A DNA stretch of 63,914 nt, filler included, from Platydemus manokwari (Eukaryota), in assembly GCA_037951405.1 (NCBI GenBank). It is 6 parts of 6 records of this genome, joined end to end, with 100 filler letters (N's around TTAATTAATTAA, not from the genome) between each part and the next. Parts side by side here need not be neighbours in the genome. Positions count along the whole stretch, not along the records: positions 23,968 to 33,349 come from JBBMOY011256319.1; positions 33,450 to 45,010 come from JBBMOY010597771.1; 4 more parts are not named here. One strand, 5' to 3'. This document shows positions 26,723-39,360 of the stretch, piece after piece. The first letter of the stretch is position 1. Every line of letters begins with the position of its first letter. A program made the position numbers and the translations under genes. Under the pieces are notes generated by a model, which saw only the letters and a program-made list of their open reading frames with translations, did no database searches and was not told where the DNA came from.

Positions 26723-28147
26723 ATGATTTCTCTATTAGAAAATAATGCTAAGCGTCATATTTTCCCATACCAGCAAAATCAGATTGTTTTTATAGACTTA
26801 GATTTGGAAATTGAAGTGTTCAGAAATGTTATTAAATCATTACGTGATATTATATCTTTAACTGTTTCAATATCAGGACCGTCTAGAATTCCTGGTTTCG
26901 GTATGATTATTTTGGGTCAAATAGAAACTCTGTTTCCAATGAAAAATTTGAAAGAGAATTATGAAGAAATATTAACTTTTCTAAATAATTCTGAAAATTG
27001 CTTTTTATCAAATAATGGAAATCTGTTCAAAGAAGGAACAATTTTAAAATATTTATATTCATTTATTAGACAATTCAACGAAAATGACTTAACAAATAAT
27101 TTTAGCTGTTACAATGGTTCCAATCACCGTAAATTAGAGTTTACAATAATTTCATACAGAGTAAATCCAATATTGAAAGAATGTCGTGAATTTTGTAGAA
27201 ATTCCAACACCAAAAATGTTCAAAAAATTCATATTATTGTACCGAAACGAAATGTCAGTGAAGACTTAGATAAGATCAGTTTTCAAATTACCAACAATGA
27301 CGAATGTTATAATGAGATATCGATTGAAGAAGGAATAATTGAAATAAACAATTTAACTAGCAATCATTGCATCATCTTTGAAGATACTTTCAAAAATTGG
27401 CTTCTCGATAATAGTTTGGAAAGTTATCATGTAGAAATAATATTACGATTGACATCAAATCATTTCATTAGTATAAAATGTGACATTCAAGAATGTATTA
27501 TCAATCCAAGTACTTTACCACAAGCATCGTCAATAATGTTAGAAGCTGATTATTCGGTGAGCCGAACGATAAGTTATGCTAGTAACAATAAATTGAAAGC
27601 CGTACCGATTTATCAAATGGAAATTATCAGTCAAATATCGCTTGATGGTATTTGTGAATCATTGGTGTATGGTCAACCGTTATTGTTGAAACCGACAATG
27701 TGTTGGCGATTGGAAATAGATCAGCTGACGCAATCACAAATCTATTTTCAAGAATTGTGTAATCAAATCACTGAATCTAATAACGGGTTGATTTTGAAAC
27801 GATTAACGGAATCGATAGCGTCATATTATTTGGCAATTCCTGCTAATAATTATCTGATATTAAAATGTTTGACTTCCAAAGAATTATTAATGCCACGTAA
27901 AGAAATCGACCCGCTCATCAATATTTCTGTAAATGTAAAAGAGCAGTTGAAAGATTTTCTGTCTAATTTGAAATTTGATGAAGAATACAATCCTATATTT
28001 CATGAGAGTGGGATTTATAAATCTCATTATTTGACAAATCGAAAAAATAAAAGATCAATGAATAATAATAATAATAATAATAATAATGTTATGAAATCAT
28101 GTGATGAGAATAACTCAATTAGTTTTGGATTTTATAACAATTGTTGA
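26723..28147 (+). CDS. M1AP: Meiosis 1 arrest protein (M1AP)-like, intronless
   Basis: Collinear motifs match my recollection of vertebrate M1AP: SLTVSISGPSRIPGF, LEFTIIS, FKNWL, IKCDIQECIINPSTL, GICESLVYGQPLLLKPTMCWRL...FQELC, KELLMP, YNP. Confidence 0.8.
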   Translation: MISLLENNAKRHIFPYQQNQIVFIDLDLEIEVFRNVIKSLRDIISLTVSISGPSRIPGFGMIILGQIETLFPMKNLKENYEEILTFLNNSENCFLSNNGNLFKEGTILKYLYSFIRQFNENDLTNNFSCYNGSNHRKLEFTIISYRVNPILKECREFCRNSNTKNVQKIHIIVPKRNVSEDLDKISFQITNNDECYNEISIEEGIIEINNLTSNHCIIFEDTFKNWLLDNSLESYHVEIILRLTSNHFISIKCDIQECIINPSTLPQASSIMLEADYSVSRTISYASNNKLKAVPIYQMEIISQISLDGICESLVYGQPLLLKPTMCWRLEIDQLTQSQIYFQELCNQITESNNGLILKRLTESIASYYLAIPANNYLILKCLTSKELLMPRKEIDPLINISVNVKEQLKDFLSNLKFDEEYNPIFHESGIYKSHYLTNRKNKRSMNNNNNNNNNVMKSCDENNSISFGFYNNC

Positions 28148-31032
28148 TTATTGTTCTTTTATTGTTGACAAACTATTACAACGTGTAACATGTTTTATGT
28201 TGAATATAATTTAGAATTTTTCTTTTTACCGCAATATACTATTAATTTTATTGAATAATGAATCCAAGGTGGATTTTCTGAAGATAATTTTAAGTATAGA
28301 TTCAAACCTGCCCTTTTAATTTTAAATTACACTGTTGATTATTTGAAAAATCACTCGAAACCAGTCAATTTTGGGTAGTATATCAGTTTTATAAAACGTT
28401 TTAATTCTTATTAGGCATTGAAGATTGAAGATCAATTTCTAAATAGCTTTATTTATTTAGTACAAATTCCATCAAAGTAATAATGATTTCTGAAAAGGCT
28501 TTTGTTGTGGAAACCAAGCACTATAAATTTCTTCTGATTATCTTTTTATTAAATGTATTGGAAATCTGGTGATCGAATTTGAATTGCACTGGTCTTATAT
28601 GGTTTCTGTAAGTATTTTATTGGAATAGTAAACTGAATATGCAAAGCTTGGTGATTTAATTTATTGACTATTGTAACAAGGTTTTGATTCCCGTTACGGA
28701 CGTATGATTACTAAATCGAATCGTGATATTAATTGTTATAAATTATTATATTATTACTACTGTGGTATTCGTAAGATCAAAACTCGTAGTCAATTATTAA
28801 ATGTTTATTTGAGAATAACGAAATGATTGGCCCACTGCCAATGAAGGCAATCATAGATAGGAAAATTTCCAAACAGAAGAACGATGATTAATAATGATAT
28901 TAAATATTATTTAAATTATTACTGATAAAATTATTTAGGTATTTAATTAGATAGCTCAAAAAAAATTATAAAAATAAAATAAGAAAAATATTACTCGCTA
29001 TTCTTACTATTCAAAGTTCCTTCTCCACGCAATAACAATTAATAATATTCTTTACGAAAGCACATATGATCAAAAAATTTTCTTAGTTATGATCTTCTAT
29101 TGAATCATTCGTGAATAACTACTTTCTTAAAGGAAGAGATGCATTTGTCTGTGCTCACTCTATACATCATTTTTTGATAAGCGTAGTGACATTTGTTGAT
29201 ACTGATTTATTTATTTAATGCCATGGATTTTTCTTATTTCATTCTTTAATGTCTCACTATTTCTATTTACTCACAAATCCGGTAAATTTTATTTCATTCA
29301 CATTTCTTTTGTCCAACTTAAATTATTTTTAGTCTACCTTAAATCAATAATTTTCCACCTTTCTCTCTTTAATTATTGCTAATGATGTATATTTATTATT
29401 ATTTTTCCATTTGCTTCTATTTTTTATTTAATACTTCATTTAATTCTTAATTTTATGTTATACCCCTTCTCTCGTAACTAATGTAAATAATTTTTCTCTA
29501 CGCTATTCATTTGAACTATTTTCCAATAATGGAATGATAACATAAAGATAATCAGAATCAAAATAATTATTAATTATTTTAAAGATAAAAATCAAAACAT
29601 TACTTATTACCGTTGAGTATATCAAAAATCAATCAAAAGGGTCAAACACGGAAATAACCTTAAAATGGTCAATACACAGACTCTATAAACACACGTGCCA
29701 TCAACCAATTTGATTCGATCTAATGTTAATCCATATTTAGAATCTAAGAATCGACAGGCACACACCTACAAATGATAGCAAGCTCAAATATCCACCAATG
29801 GCACGAAAGATGTAAGGAAAATCTCAAGTAAATCGATCCACGAACAAATTCATCGGATGGAAAACGAAGATCCTAAACACCCGATAGGTCAATAAAAGAG
29901 GCTGAGTTCCATGAATTTCTGCCAGTCTTTTTTGGTCGATAACTACAGTGATTAGCTTATATATGATTTTAATAATCAGTCTTTTTGATTACACTCCACG
30001 CTGTTTATTGACTTTGGGGCCCTATCCAATCCTCAATGATTTTCTTTGTGAATTAGGGAGAAATTTGTTGTAGTTGTTTTTGAGACTTTGAGTGTATTAT
30101 TTTAATTAATACAGATTTTCAGATTTAAATTGTTGTTTGATAACTCAACATTACTTTCGACATAATTCTAACACAAACATAAAAGTAATAATTTTGACAC
30201 AAAGTTTATAAATAATAATGCATCTAACTATTAAAATTTAGTAAATGTTCAATTAAAATAAATAAATTGTTATTTAATTGAGATCAGAATAAGATTCTAT
30301 CAGAGATTTTGGGTGCAATGTTTCGCAATGAAATTGAATTGTTTCAGTTGGTATTTCAGATTGAATTGTAAACATTTTTGAATTTGTTTGGATGGAGATT
30401 TTTGTACAAGTTGATTTGGTGTTTATTTTTATGTGGTTACTAGATTTCCACTCAATTAACAATATAATTTTACCCAAGCTAAATCTAAAAGACAATTTCA
30501 AGTAACCCAGCAAAAATTGGAAATTCTCAAACCAAACTCCAATCACAAATTGATTTTTCTAATATTAATCAAGACTTGAAATCAATAAGCTTGCCACTGA
30601 AATTTATATTTGTGATGGACATTTGATTTTTAGGTGTATAATTATTGTTTCAATATTATCTCGTTGATATGATATTTTTTAATTTAATCTCGTGTTACTT
30701 GAATTAATTGAGCTTGGATTAACCAACATAATAGAATCATCTAATGGCGATGACAAAACTTTCTTCACTAACGGAAAACGGCTTAACTATTTTAGCCCTA
30801 TTTATTATTCAAATATTTAGTTTTTCGCAAATACATAAAACTATGCTGAGCAAATCAATTCTCACAAAAAGATAATAGTTTTCTATCACAGTTAAACAAA
30901 AATAAATTTAATGTTTTTATTATTTCGTGATTAACAAATTTAGATTGCAGTTAAAATGATTTGTCTAAAAATATATCAACAATATCGATCTCCAAAAATA
31001 ATCAATAATTTTAATAGAAACTTCAAGTTTAA

Positions 31033-31782
31033 ATGAAAGGTGATGATTATAATATAATAACTGCCCCAGTTCCAATAAATACAGCATGGTGGTTCAGTTT
31101 ATCTAAAAAACAACGAATTTCATTGCTTCTCTACATGTTTTTCTATGTAGCAGGTACAATTACAAATTCAGTATCTATGCTGTCGGATAGATTTTATGTC
31201 TACAGATTACAACTCGATTCTATTCTAATAGGTACTAATGTCATGAAATATCCGAATCATATTGAAGTAAAAATTGAGCGCGGATTCTGGAGAGAAGATA
31301 TTCATGAAATATTGGATGAAGATCTAACTTCGAAAAAAGATTCCGGTTATATCAAAACCAATCTTTTAATAGCAACGGAAATCTGGAATAATTGCCAAAT
31401 TAGATCATTTCGTGGCAAACCTTGTCATATAGCTGGAATAATATGTTTGGTTTTTGGCATGTTGATTTTGTATTATCATTGTACGACGATGGCTTTATTT
31501 CGAACATTTATGATTATAAATGTCAATTTAGCAGCCATATTGTTATCTATTGCAATGGCTATGGAATATTCTTCGGCAATAGAATTCGATTATTGTGTCA
31601 ATTCTGTTTTTATAGATAAAAAATCCGGCGGTAAATCGTTTGTAAGAGGTCGATTTTACAATCGAACATTAGAAACATCGGGAAAAACCGTCACATTAAT
31701 GATGATAGGTAATTTTGTATTTTTCTGTCCAATGTTGGGTTTGGGTATTTATTTGTTATTTTATAATAGACAAAATTTATAG
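31033..31782 (+). CDS. Four-TM membrane protein, claudin/PMP22/clarin-like, intronless
   Basis: 249-aa ORF in AT-rich DNA with four hydrophobic segments. The long first loop carries RGFWR (like the claudin GLW motif) and two Cys before TM2. Confidence 0.65.
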   Translation: MKGDDYNIITAPVPINTAWWFSLSKKQRISLLLYMFFYVAGTITNSVSMLSDRFYVYRLQLDSILIGTNVMKYPNHIEVKIERGFWREDIHEILDEDLTSKKDSGYIKTNLLIATEIWNNCQIRSFRGKPCHIAGIICLVFGMLILYYHCTTMALFRTFMIINVNLAAILLSIAMAMEYSSAIEFDYCVNSVFIDKKSGGKSFVRGRFYNRTLETSGKTVTLMMIGNFVFFCPMLGLGIYLLFYNRQNL

Positions 31783-33477
31783 TTTTCAAAACATTAATGT
31801 TTTATTAAACAATTTTATCATTTGTAGCCTTATCACTCTTGTTTCCATTTGATATTTCTCTAAAATTATGATAAAGACTCAAAATATTTAAATAAATCAT
31901 ATACTGTTCAAACGCTATTTCTCGATTTACAGTAGTTTTCAATCTCTGAAATAAAAATAATTAAATATTATGTTAGATTGCAATGAATAGACATCTCGCT
32001 CTAATTTTTGACTAATATGGACAAATCCAATAATACCAACAGTGAAGGCACAAGAAGAAAATAAGAATACTTTGGATGTGGTTGACATATACAAATATTA
32101 TTTAAACAACCAAATAAGGTCAGAATATAATGACATAATCATACATTTACAAAAAGCCTTATAAAATTAACTACATTAAATTTTACTTAGTTCAAATGCT
32201 TATTTAAAATTTATTAATGAGATATTATAAAAATACTTGAAATTCAAATTATATTTACATCTTCATATTTAATATGATTTATCACAAATTTCCACTTCAC
32301 AAATACCTCTTCATAAAAATGATATTAGAAAACCATTTAAATGACTGAATTACGTAAGAAATTAAAACATTTCAAATATCGCGTTTGGATGGAGTTTTCA
32401 CTTTAAATATTCGAATTTATTTTGAATGAAATTCGAGTTTAAGAATTATATTCGAATGAAGTTATTTTCCTATTCTAATTGTATGTAATATAAATTAGAT
32501 CCAATGGAATAAACCATAATTTTATAATGAAATATCAAAAATTACATGTATACGCAATTAACGTTTAGTTTTTAACAAAATATACTTAATTCGAATATTG
32601 GAGCCAAAAATAATCCTTGATAAGTTATTTTGTTATTATTTTGTGCCATAATTTTTTATTATATTGGAGTTTACTGCTCAAACTAAATGTGTTCATAGGA
32701 TTATGAATTTGAAAAGACACAATAATTTGCAAGTTTTCTTAAAAATTTGGCATCCTGCAATATCGAACTTAAATACTGTGTGATTATTAACAATTGATAT
32801 TAAGTAGATCTACCTGTAAAACTTTAATAAGCATTCTGATAAATAAATTGGTTAAAAGAACTGTCGAGCTCTTTTCAAAAATAATATTTTCAACAAGAAC
32901 ATATATGTAAATGAACATATATTAAGTTCAAATTCTTAATTAATATTGAAGCTAGTTTTAATCGATGTATTTTGAATTGTTTGGTAAGAATTTTCTGGTC
33001 TAATTTTGTTTTAGTTTTATATTATTGAAACTTTATTAGTTGTAGCCTCTACCTTATATAACAATTGATGGGTCACTCCAGGAAATTCTCTACAATTATT
33101 TATTTTATACCTAACATGCATGTTTTATACATAAATTTATTATGACAGAGAAACATTCTCTACAAATAAAATGTATTGTAATCATAAAATTTAAATGCAT
33201 GATTATTTTTACTCTGTAATTTTTTTATTTTACACGACTACTTTATTCTGCCACTATTTATTGAATACGATAATAGATATAGGGTTTTTTGAGTTTTAAA
33301 ATAAATTTTGCACAATTTAAGATAATTATTTACATGAATAAGAGAATTGNNNNNNNNNNNNNNNNNNNNNNNNNNNNNNNNNNNNNNNNNNNNTTAATTA
33401 ATTAANNNNNNNNNNNNNNNNNNNNNNNNNNNNNNNNNNNNNNNNNNNNTGAATAAATTCTATCGATAAAATAATAA

Positions 33478-34291
33478 ATTCACTGGCATTAGATTTAATC
33501 GCAGAGAATATCTGCGAGTGATTCATACTGCTTTTACAAGGCAGTAATCACAATCAACATGGCCATTAATTTCACTGTCCACAATTCCATATTTGCTAAG
33601 ACGACGTTGTAAACCACATCAATTCGACACATAGTAGAAGATCATCTGGTGCAGAAGACCAACCTTCCTCCTTGTGCCCGGTATTTTACTGGAAGACCCA
33701 AAGTAAGACCCATCCGTGTAAAATACTGATCCATATTATATGTCGTATCGTCATATTTCTTATTATAGAGCTTTGCTCAGAAACACTCTGAAGAAAGGCA
33801 ACCTGATTTTACTCCTAGAGTTGGATGTATTAACCATATTTTGCTCTCGGATTAAGGTAGTTTTGTACGATTTTATATTAAGTGCATAGTGTAATTTAAA
33901 AATCAATCTGCAATTTTTTATTTTATTATTGTTGATAATCAGTTTTGAATGGGTGTTATATTTAATAAACATTTGTAACGTCAAGTCTTAGTTATTAATC
34001 ATATACGAATCATAAAATCACTGTTTGTAATCAATTGTTAAAAATATAGTTAGTCGTTTAAGTAAGTTTAGATAATTTTGAGACTGATAATTAAGTTAAT
34101 TAAATGCATCACTACTGCCACACTTATTGTCTTCACACAATAAGGCTGTGTGAGATGAAGGAACATCATCATAAGGTAGATTGCACCTGTAGCCTTAATC
34201 AAGAGCTCATAGAGAATGATTAAGACAGCAGTTGTATCAAATAGGATTAAGCTTAGTAAAACAATAAAATCAATAAGGTCCGAACGTAACA
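33478..34291 (+). mobile_element. Dispersed LTR-like repeat, copy 1
   Basis: Collinear with 53641-54336 (GAAGATCATCTGGTGCAGAAGACCA, TGCCCGGTATTTTACTGGAAGACCCAAAGTAAGAC, TCAAGAGCTCATAGAGA, GTATCAAATAGGATTAAGCTTAGT). Homology ends just after CGAACGTAACA, an LTR-like terminus. Confidence 0.65.
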
Positions 34292-35359
34292 ACTCAAATA
34301 AGACGAACGAGTACCGTATCGCAGAATAGGATAATTTATTGACGTGCACAAACTTTTTATTTGATGCTTTTTTATCATTGGGCCTGTTGAATTATTTCAA
34401 TATATTTTATAGGCGTATTTCGGTTTTATTCTCAATTTGTCGTAGTGTTCAATATAATAACATCCAGTGCATGTTTATTCGTCATAATCACTGTTAGCCA
34501 TCACCGTATTATAACTTTTTGAATTTGATCAAGTAAAAGCGCTAGCATCGTGAAATTGATTAGAGAGTTGAATAGTTAAAGCGGGAGTAAGTTTTAAAAT
34601 AGAATTTGTAATATTAGCATAACAATGGAATGAAACGAACCAGATAATGGCAAGTTAGAACCGTGAAAATAAGTCTTCTAATAATATTTTATAATTAAAA
34701 AATTGGTTTTATTATTGAGAGTTTAAAGATTTTACACCGATTTCTACAGTGCTTCTAATATAATATGGAGACTTATAGTAGGAATTTATTTATGACTAAA
34801 GCTAAGTACCTGTTGTAAGTATATTCACTCAACTTAGTTTTACTAATAATACTCTTTGTCCCCAATTCAATGATTTGGAATTTATGTTAACTTATATTTG
34901 ATTTTATAAAACCTGCATTGCTTAAGTTCATTATTGAACAATTATAAACGATACTATTGGAATTTGTTTTCCACGTAATTATTAACAAATGAACAATCTG
35001 GAATTTAAATTTATGGTTAGAATTATAATTTTATCAGTTCAACTCAATTGTAAATTGCTTTCGATTGCTAGGAGATATATATGCGTGACTTTATAAGATT
35101 GATTTATGTTTATATGGCACCTTAATGAAATACATGTGTTCCAAACATATGAACGATAGTATACTTTTAGTCTATTACAATTATAAATAATGTTGGTTGA
35201 TTCGTCATTTTGGCAAGCGTTACTCATTTATTCGCCAGTATTCACCGTATCTGAAAATACCTTAATTTAAAAGGAAAAAGTAAAAAGTAAACACTATTAT
35301 AAAAAATTATTCCCCATTATTCTTGATAGGTAAACATGAAACACATTTACACGTGTACA

Positions 35360-35650
35360 CTTAAAATTGTGCCTTTTCCACCCTTACATTCTATGCAATG
35401 CTGAAAGTCAACAGAGGTTGTTCGTGGCAATATCTTTATACGTTGATAAGTAAACATACACAACCTTTATAAATCAGTATGAGTGTCCATACTCACATTG
35501 GCATATTTGTATATAGTACACATTGTTCGAGCTGGAATTCTAACAAAAAGTAAATATTGATTAAAATGAACTGCATTCCATGTCAAAACATTCCAAGCCT
35601 ACCAAATCTTTAATGGTTCTGAAACAACCGGATTCGTGCAAAATAAGCCA
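35360..35650 (-). mobile_element. Decayed Tc1/mariner transposase remnant
   Basis: The minus strand gives FQHCIECKGG, resembling the CI-x-x-x-GGHFE C-terminus. The sequence is heavily mutated. Confidence 0.35.
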
Positions 35651-38104
35651 TGATTAATAGTGCAAATAACATTTATTGCTTTTATAATGATTTTCATTTG
35701 TAAAGGTGATTTTTGATATTATCATCTATGGTGATAATCTGTTCTAAAGATTTGTAATAAATAAGTTATATTTTAAAAAATATTTTTATATTGAGTAAAA
35801 ACATAAAATAACATTTAAAATTATGAATAAGTACAAATGAAAAATGAGTCGATCTAAGATTAAGGGACCGAAATTAAAAAGACATGCAGTCATTTATCAA
35901 ATTAAATTATAACAATTATTTAATGAATTACTGAAGTGATAGCAAAGCAAATGATAAATAATTTAAATTTGTCAGAGGAAATTGATATAAAATTTAATAA
36001 ACGATCAAAAATAAGCCACTATGAAATGGTAGAAATAGTGATAAATTCAGTTGAAAATTCGCAAAAGAAAACTTAATAACAAGTTCTTATTCATAAAAGT
36101 ATATTTTAGTAAAATTTCAGAAAGATTTTAGGAGATAATCAATTATATTGGAGAATTGGAGAACAAAAAATTAAACGCTTATGCTTTGCGTGTGGTATTA
36201 ATTATATTCGGTTTTATAATTCAAATAAATCGTGTAATTCTATGTCACTATTTAGAACATTAATTTTATTATTATTACCTGTTACTTCGGGTACTCAGAT
36301 AAGTTGAACGCAACCGAATTTGGGAATATAAGAACGCATGACAACAAATTCATATAGGAAGACCCAAAAATATAAAATTTAATAAAAGAATGATAATTAT
36401 TTAGAAAACATTCGGCATTACGGCTGTCAATTACTTAGTTTGGATTTTAAAATATTATAAAATAAATAATGTCTTCAGATTCTTTGAATTTTTCAAATTA
36501 CCTTCGTGAAGCTATCGGTTATCAATTCACCTTCTTTAAATTAAAAACAAATCAATTTTAATCTTACAAATGTGCACCTTTTATCTATACAAATATCTTC
36601 TAATTACTCATTTAAATGTTGCTTTGTTTTTCTACTAAAATTTTAGAATAATTTTCGCGATGAATTAATGAATTACTTATACTTATTTTGATACTGATCA
36701 AATACTTACTAGTTTGGTTATTTAAATTTAATTAATTGTGACATAAATTAAAATTTTATGCTCTTTCTAATTTATTTACTACGGGCCTTTCCATGAATTT
36801 TTTCGGTAAGCTGATGAATTTTATTTATAATTTTGTTCAAATATTCGTTGTATTAACTAAGAAATTGGTGACTTTTTAAATATGTTAATTACATTTTTGA
36901 AGTTAGCTTTTTATTTTTTTGAAATACTTATTTCCTTCTTATTTTACTTTCAGATAAGACTCAGAAATTGTCTAACTCCAGGTGATATTTATTTTATTTA
37001 TAAAAATTAGATAAATTTCGAGCTAATTTTTTCCTGATTGATAAGTGCATGTTATATATTATAACTTAAGGAACACCATTTATTCTATATTATTATTATC
37101 GATAAATATTAAAACAATATAACAAATAATTCTTAAAATTCACTTTATGTCTATCAACCCACATGGTCAGTTTCATTGATATCAACAATATATTGGAAAT
37201 GCTCTTAACACATGCACAATACTTGACACAACTGGCGCTTGGACTTTGTTGGTTTATGGAACATAGCTAGAATTAGGCTTATTTATTAAGTTTTATAATT
37301 TTTTAACTTCAAACCTTTGACTATCTTAAGAGAATCGAAAATATACTTTTAAATTGTTTTTTATTTTTTTAAAATTTTTTATAATTTTATTTATAATGAT
37401 TCCATGTACAGATGTTTCTGTATTGGCTTATTCCAATTATTAATATTATTGTATTTCCTGGTCAACTAAACTGTTTTATTTAGCTGTCACCTTTGTTAAT
37501 AAAATTTAAATCCTATTATTTATTATAAATAACATAGACCAATGAACAAATTCACCCCAGAATCGAAAGAGTTAAAAAACCAAACAAGATCAGCAAGTCA
37601 TATTACAATCAAATCACAACTCGTCAAAATCGCTGCCAGCGAGAAAATCGCTATTTTAATTATTTGATTGAACTGAGATTTGATAATTCAGTGGCTTGCC
37701 TTAAGAGTTGGACATAGTTTTTGTCGATTAATGTGAATAAATCAATTTGTTGTTTTCATTTAGCTCAGTTTATTTTGGTGATGTTTTGCACTTTTTTCCA
37801 TACTGGTGTTTGAATTTCTGAATTTAAACAAAGGGGAAAATGTTTTGCGTGATTATAAGCTGACTGAGAATTAGAATGAATTACCGAGTCAGTTAGATAT
37901 GTTGGAGTATTATGGTGATTTTATATAGGACTCGTGATTAGTTTATGCGTAATTTCAATTGAGATTCATCTATATTAATCTTTCAAAGAAGTCGAGACCC
38001 CATTTCATTAAGATAATATTTTCAAAGCTAGTTCAATTACTACATAATTAGTTTTTACAAAAAACTCAAGAACAGTTGTTGCGCAAAAGTTTGTGATGAT
38101 TTAT

Positions 38105-38350
38105 TATATGAGCCCTTGATTATGAAAGTGGTATAAGTCATTTCAACCTTTCAAAACCAAATTTCCATTTAAAAATGGTAATAAATTTCACAATCATATT
38201 AAATGCTGATTTACCGGCACTAATTTATTGTCAAAATATTTCATTCCATAATATACAAATATTTTTTAATTCTTTAACATGCAAAACCCTTAATATCTCC
38301 AAACAAGAAATATATTACTTATACCACTTTCATAATCAAGGGCACATATA
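38105..38350. mobile_element. MITE, 246 bp, with 34-bp terminal inverted repeats
   Basis: TATATGAGCCCTTGATTATGAAAGTGGTATAAGT (38105-38138) and its reverse complement at 38317-38350, with one mismatch and TA ends. Confidence 0.85.
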
Positions 38351-38912
38351 TTGGATGTCTTTATAAATGTAGATCCGACAAATATAATATTAAGTTTTAT
38401 ATATGAAATTTGTGCTCCACCAGTCGCTATCACCAATTCATTTCAAGGATTATTCGAATTTTTTTGGAAATTTTTCACCAAATTTGGTTTTGATTATTTG
38501 CATCAAATGGACTTCACATTTAAGAATTTAGAGGTACTAATTTCGGGGGGGGGGTCATAGGTTTGTTTTATTTCAAGGTTTTTGTATAAATTGATTTTAT
38601 TATTATTACTTTAACCCCACCTTTTCTGATCAGCCTCTTGGGTTTATTTAGACTCCAAGGAAGCAATTTGAAACTAAATTAATACACGATCTTCCTTCAC
38701 ACCGATTGCTCTGCTCCTATATGATAATAGGAGGAACGACAAGGCAACGTTTTCAATTTAATTTTATGCCTTATTCGATAAATTGATTCAAAGCTAGAGA
38801 TGATCTTACAATTTTTATCAGTTTCTTTATTTTATTTTAAAATCTAAGAGATATGCTTTAGCATTACAATAAAAAATGATGATAATGATGATGTATTTAC
38901 TATATCTCCAAA

Positions 38913-39360
38913 TTATATGATTACTGATAACAATGAACTGGCAAAACAGTTCTCTTTATAAAACATATTGTTTGTTAAAAAATAACACTGAATGACATAA
39001 CGAGCTTCAATAATAAGTACAAGTTTTGTATTTGGGCAGGGATGATTTTTAGTATTCGATTCCAGTTTAAGTCTGTGATAACTTTGCTCCTTAGTTGGTA
39101 ATATATTTGTTCTAGATAAAAAACATAATTGATTTTGAAATATGAACTTTAGAAGAGGGATATTTTACCTTTCCTTGAATAAATACCTCGCACAAAATGT
39201 GCACTGGAACTTGTGATGAGACAGTTTGGATAGCAGAAAATAACTAGCACTTCTGTATCTGACGGTTCTAGTGGTTTCAGATATTAATTGAGTAAAGGCA
39301 CTGAGTGTTGTTGGTCTTTTTATAATTGATTGGTTGACGAGTTTAATCCCAGTGATTTTT
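38913..39360 (-). CDS. Candidate two-exon fragment of an unknown gene or pseudogene (exons 39169-39360 and 38913-39111)
   Basis: A 57-nt AAG|GTAAAA...TCTAG intron joins an open frame of ~129 codons (KITGIKLVNQ...HKFQCTFCARYLFKER/TNILP...VII*). No family recognised. Confidence 0.3.
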
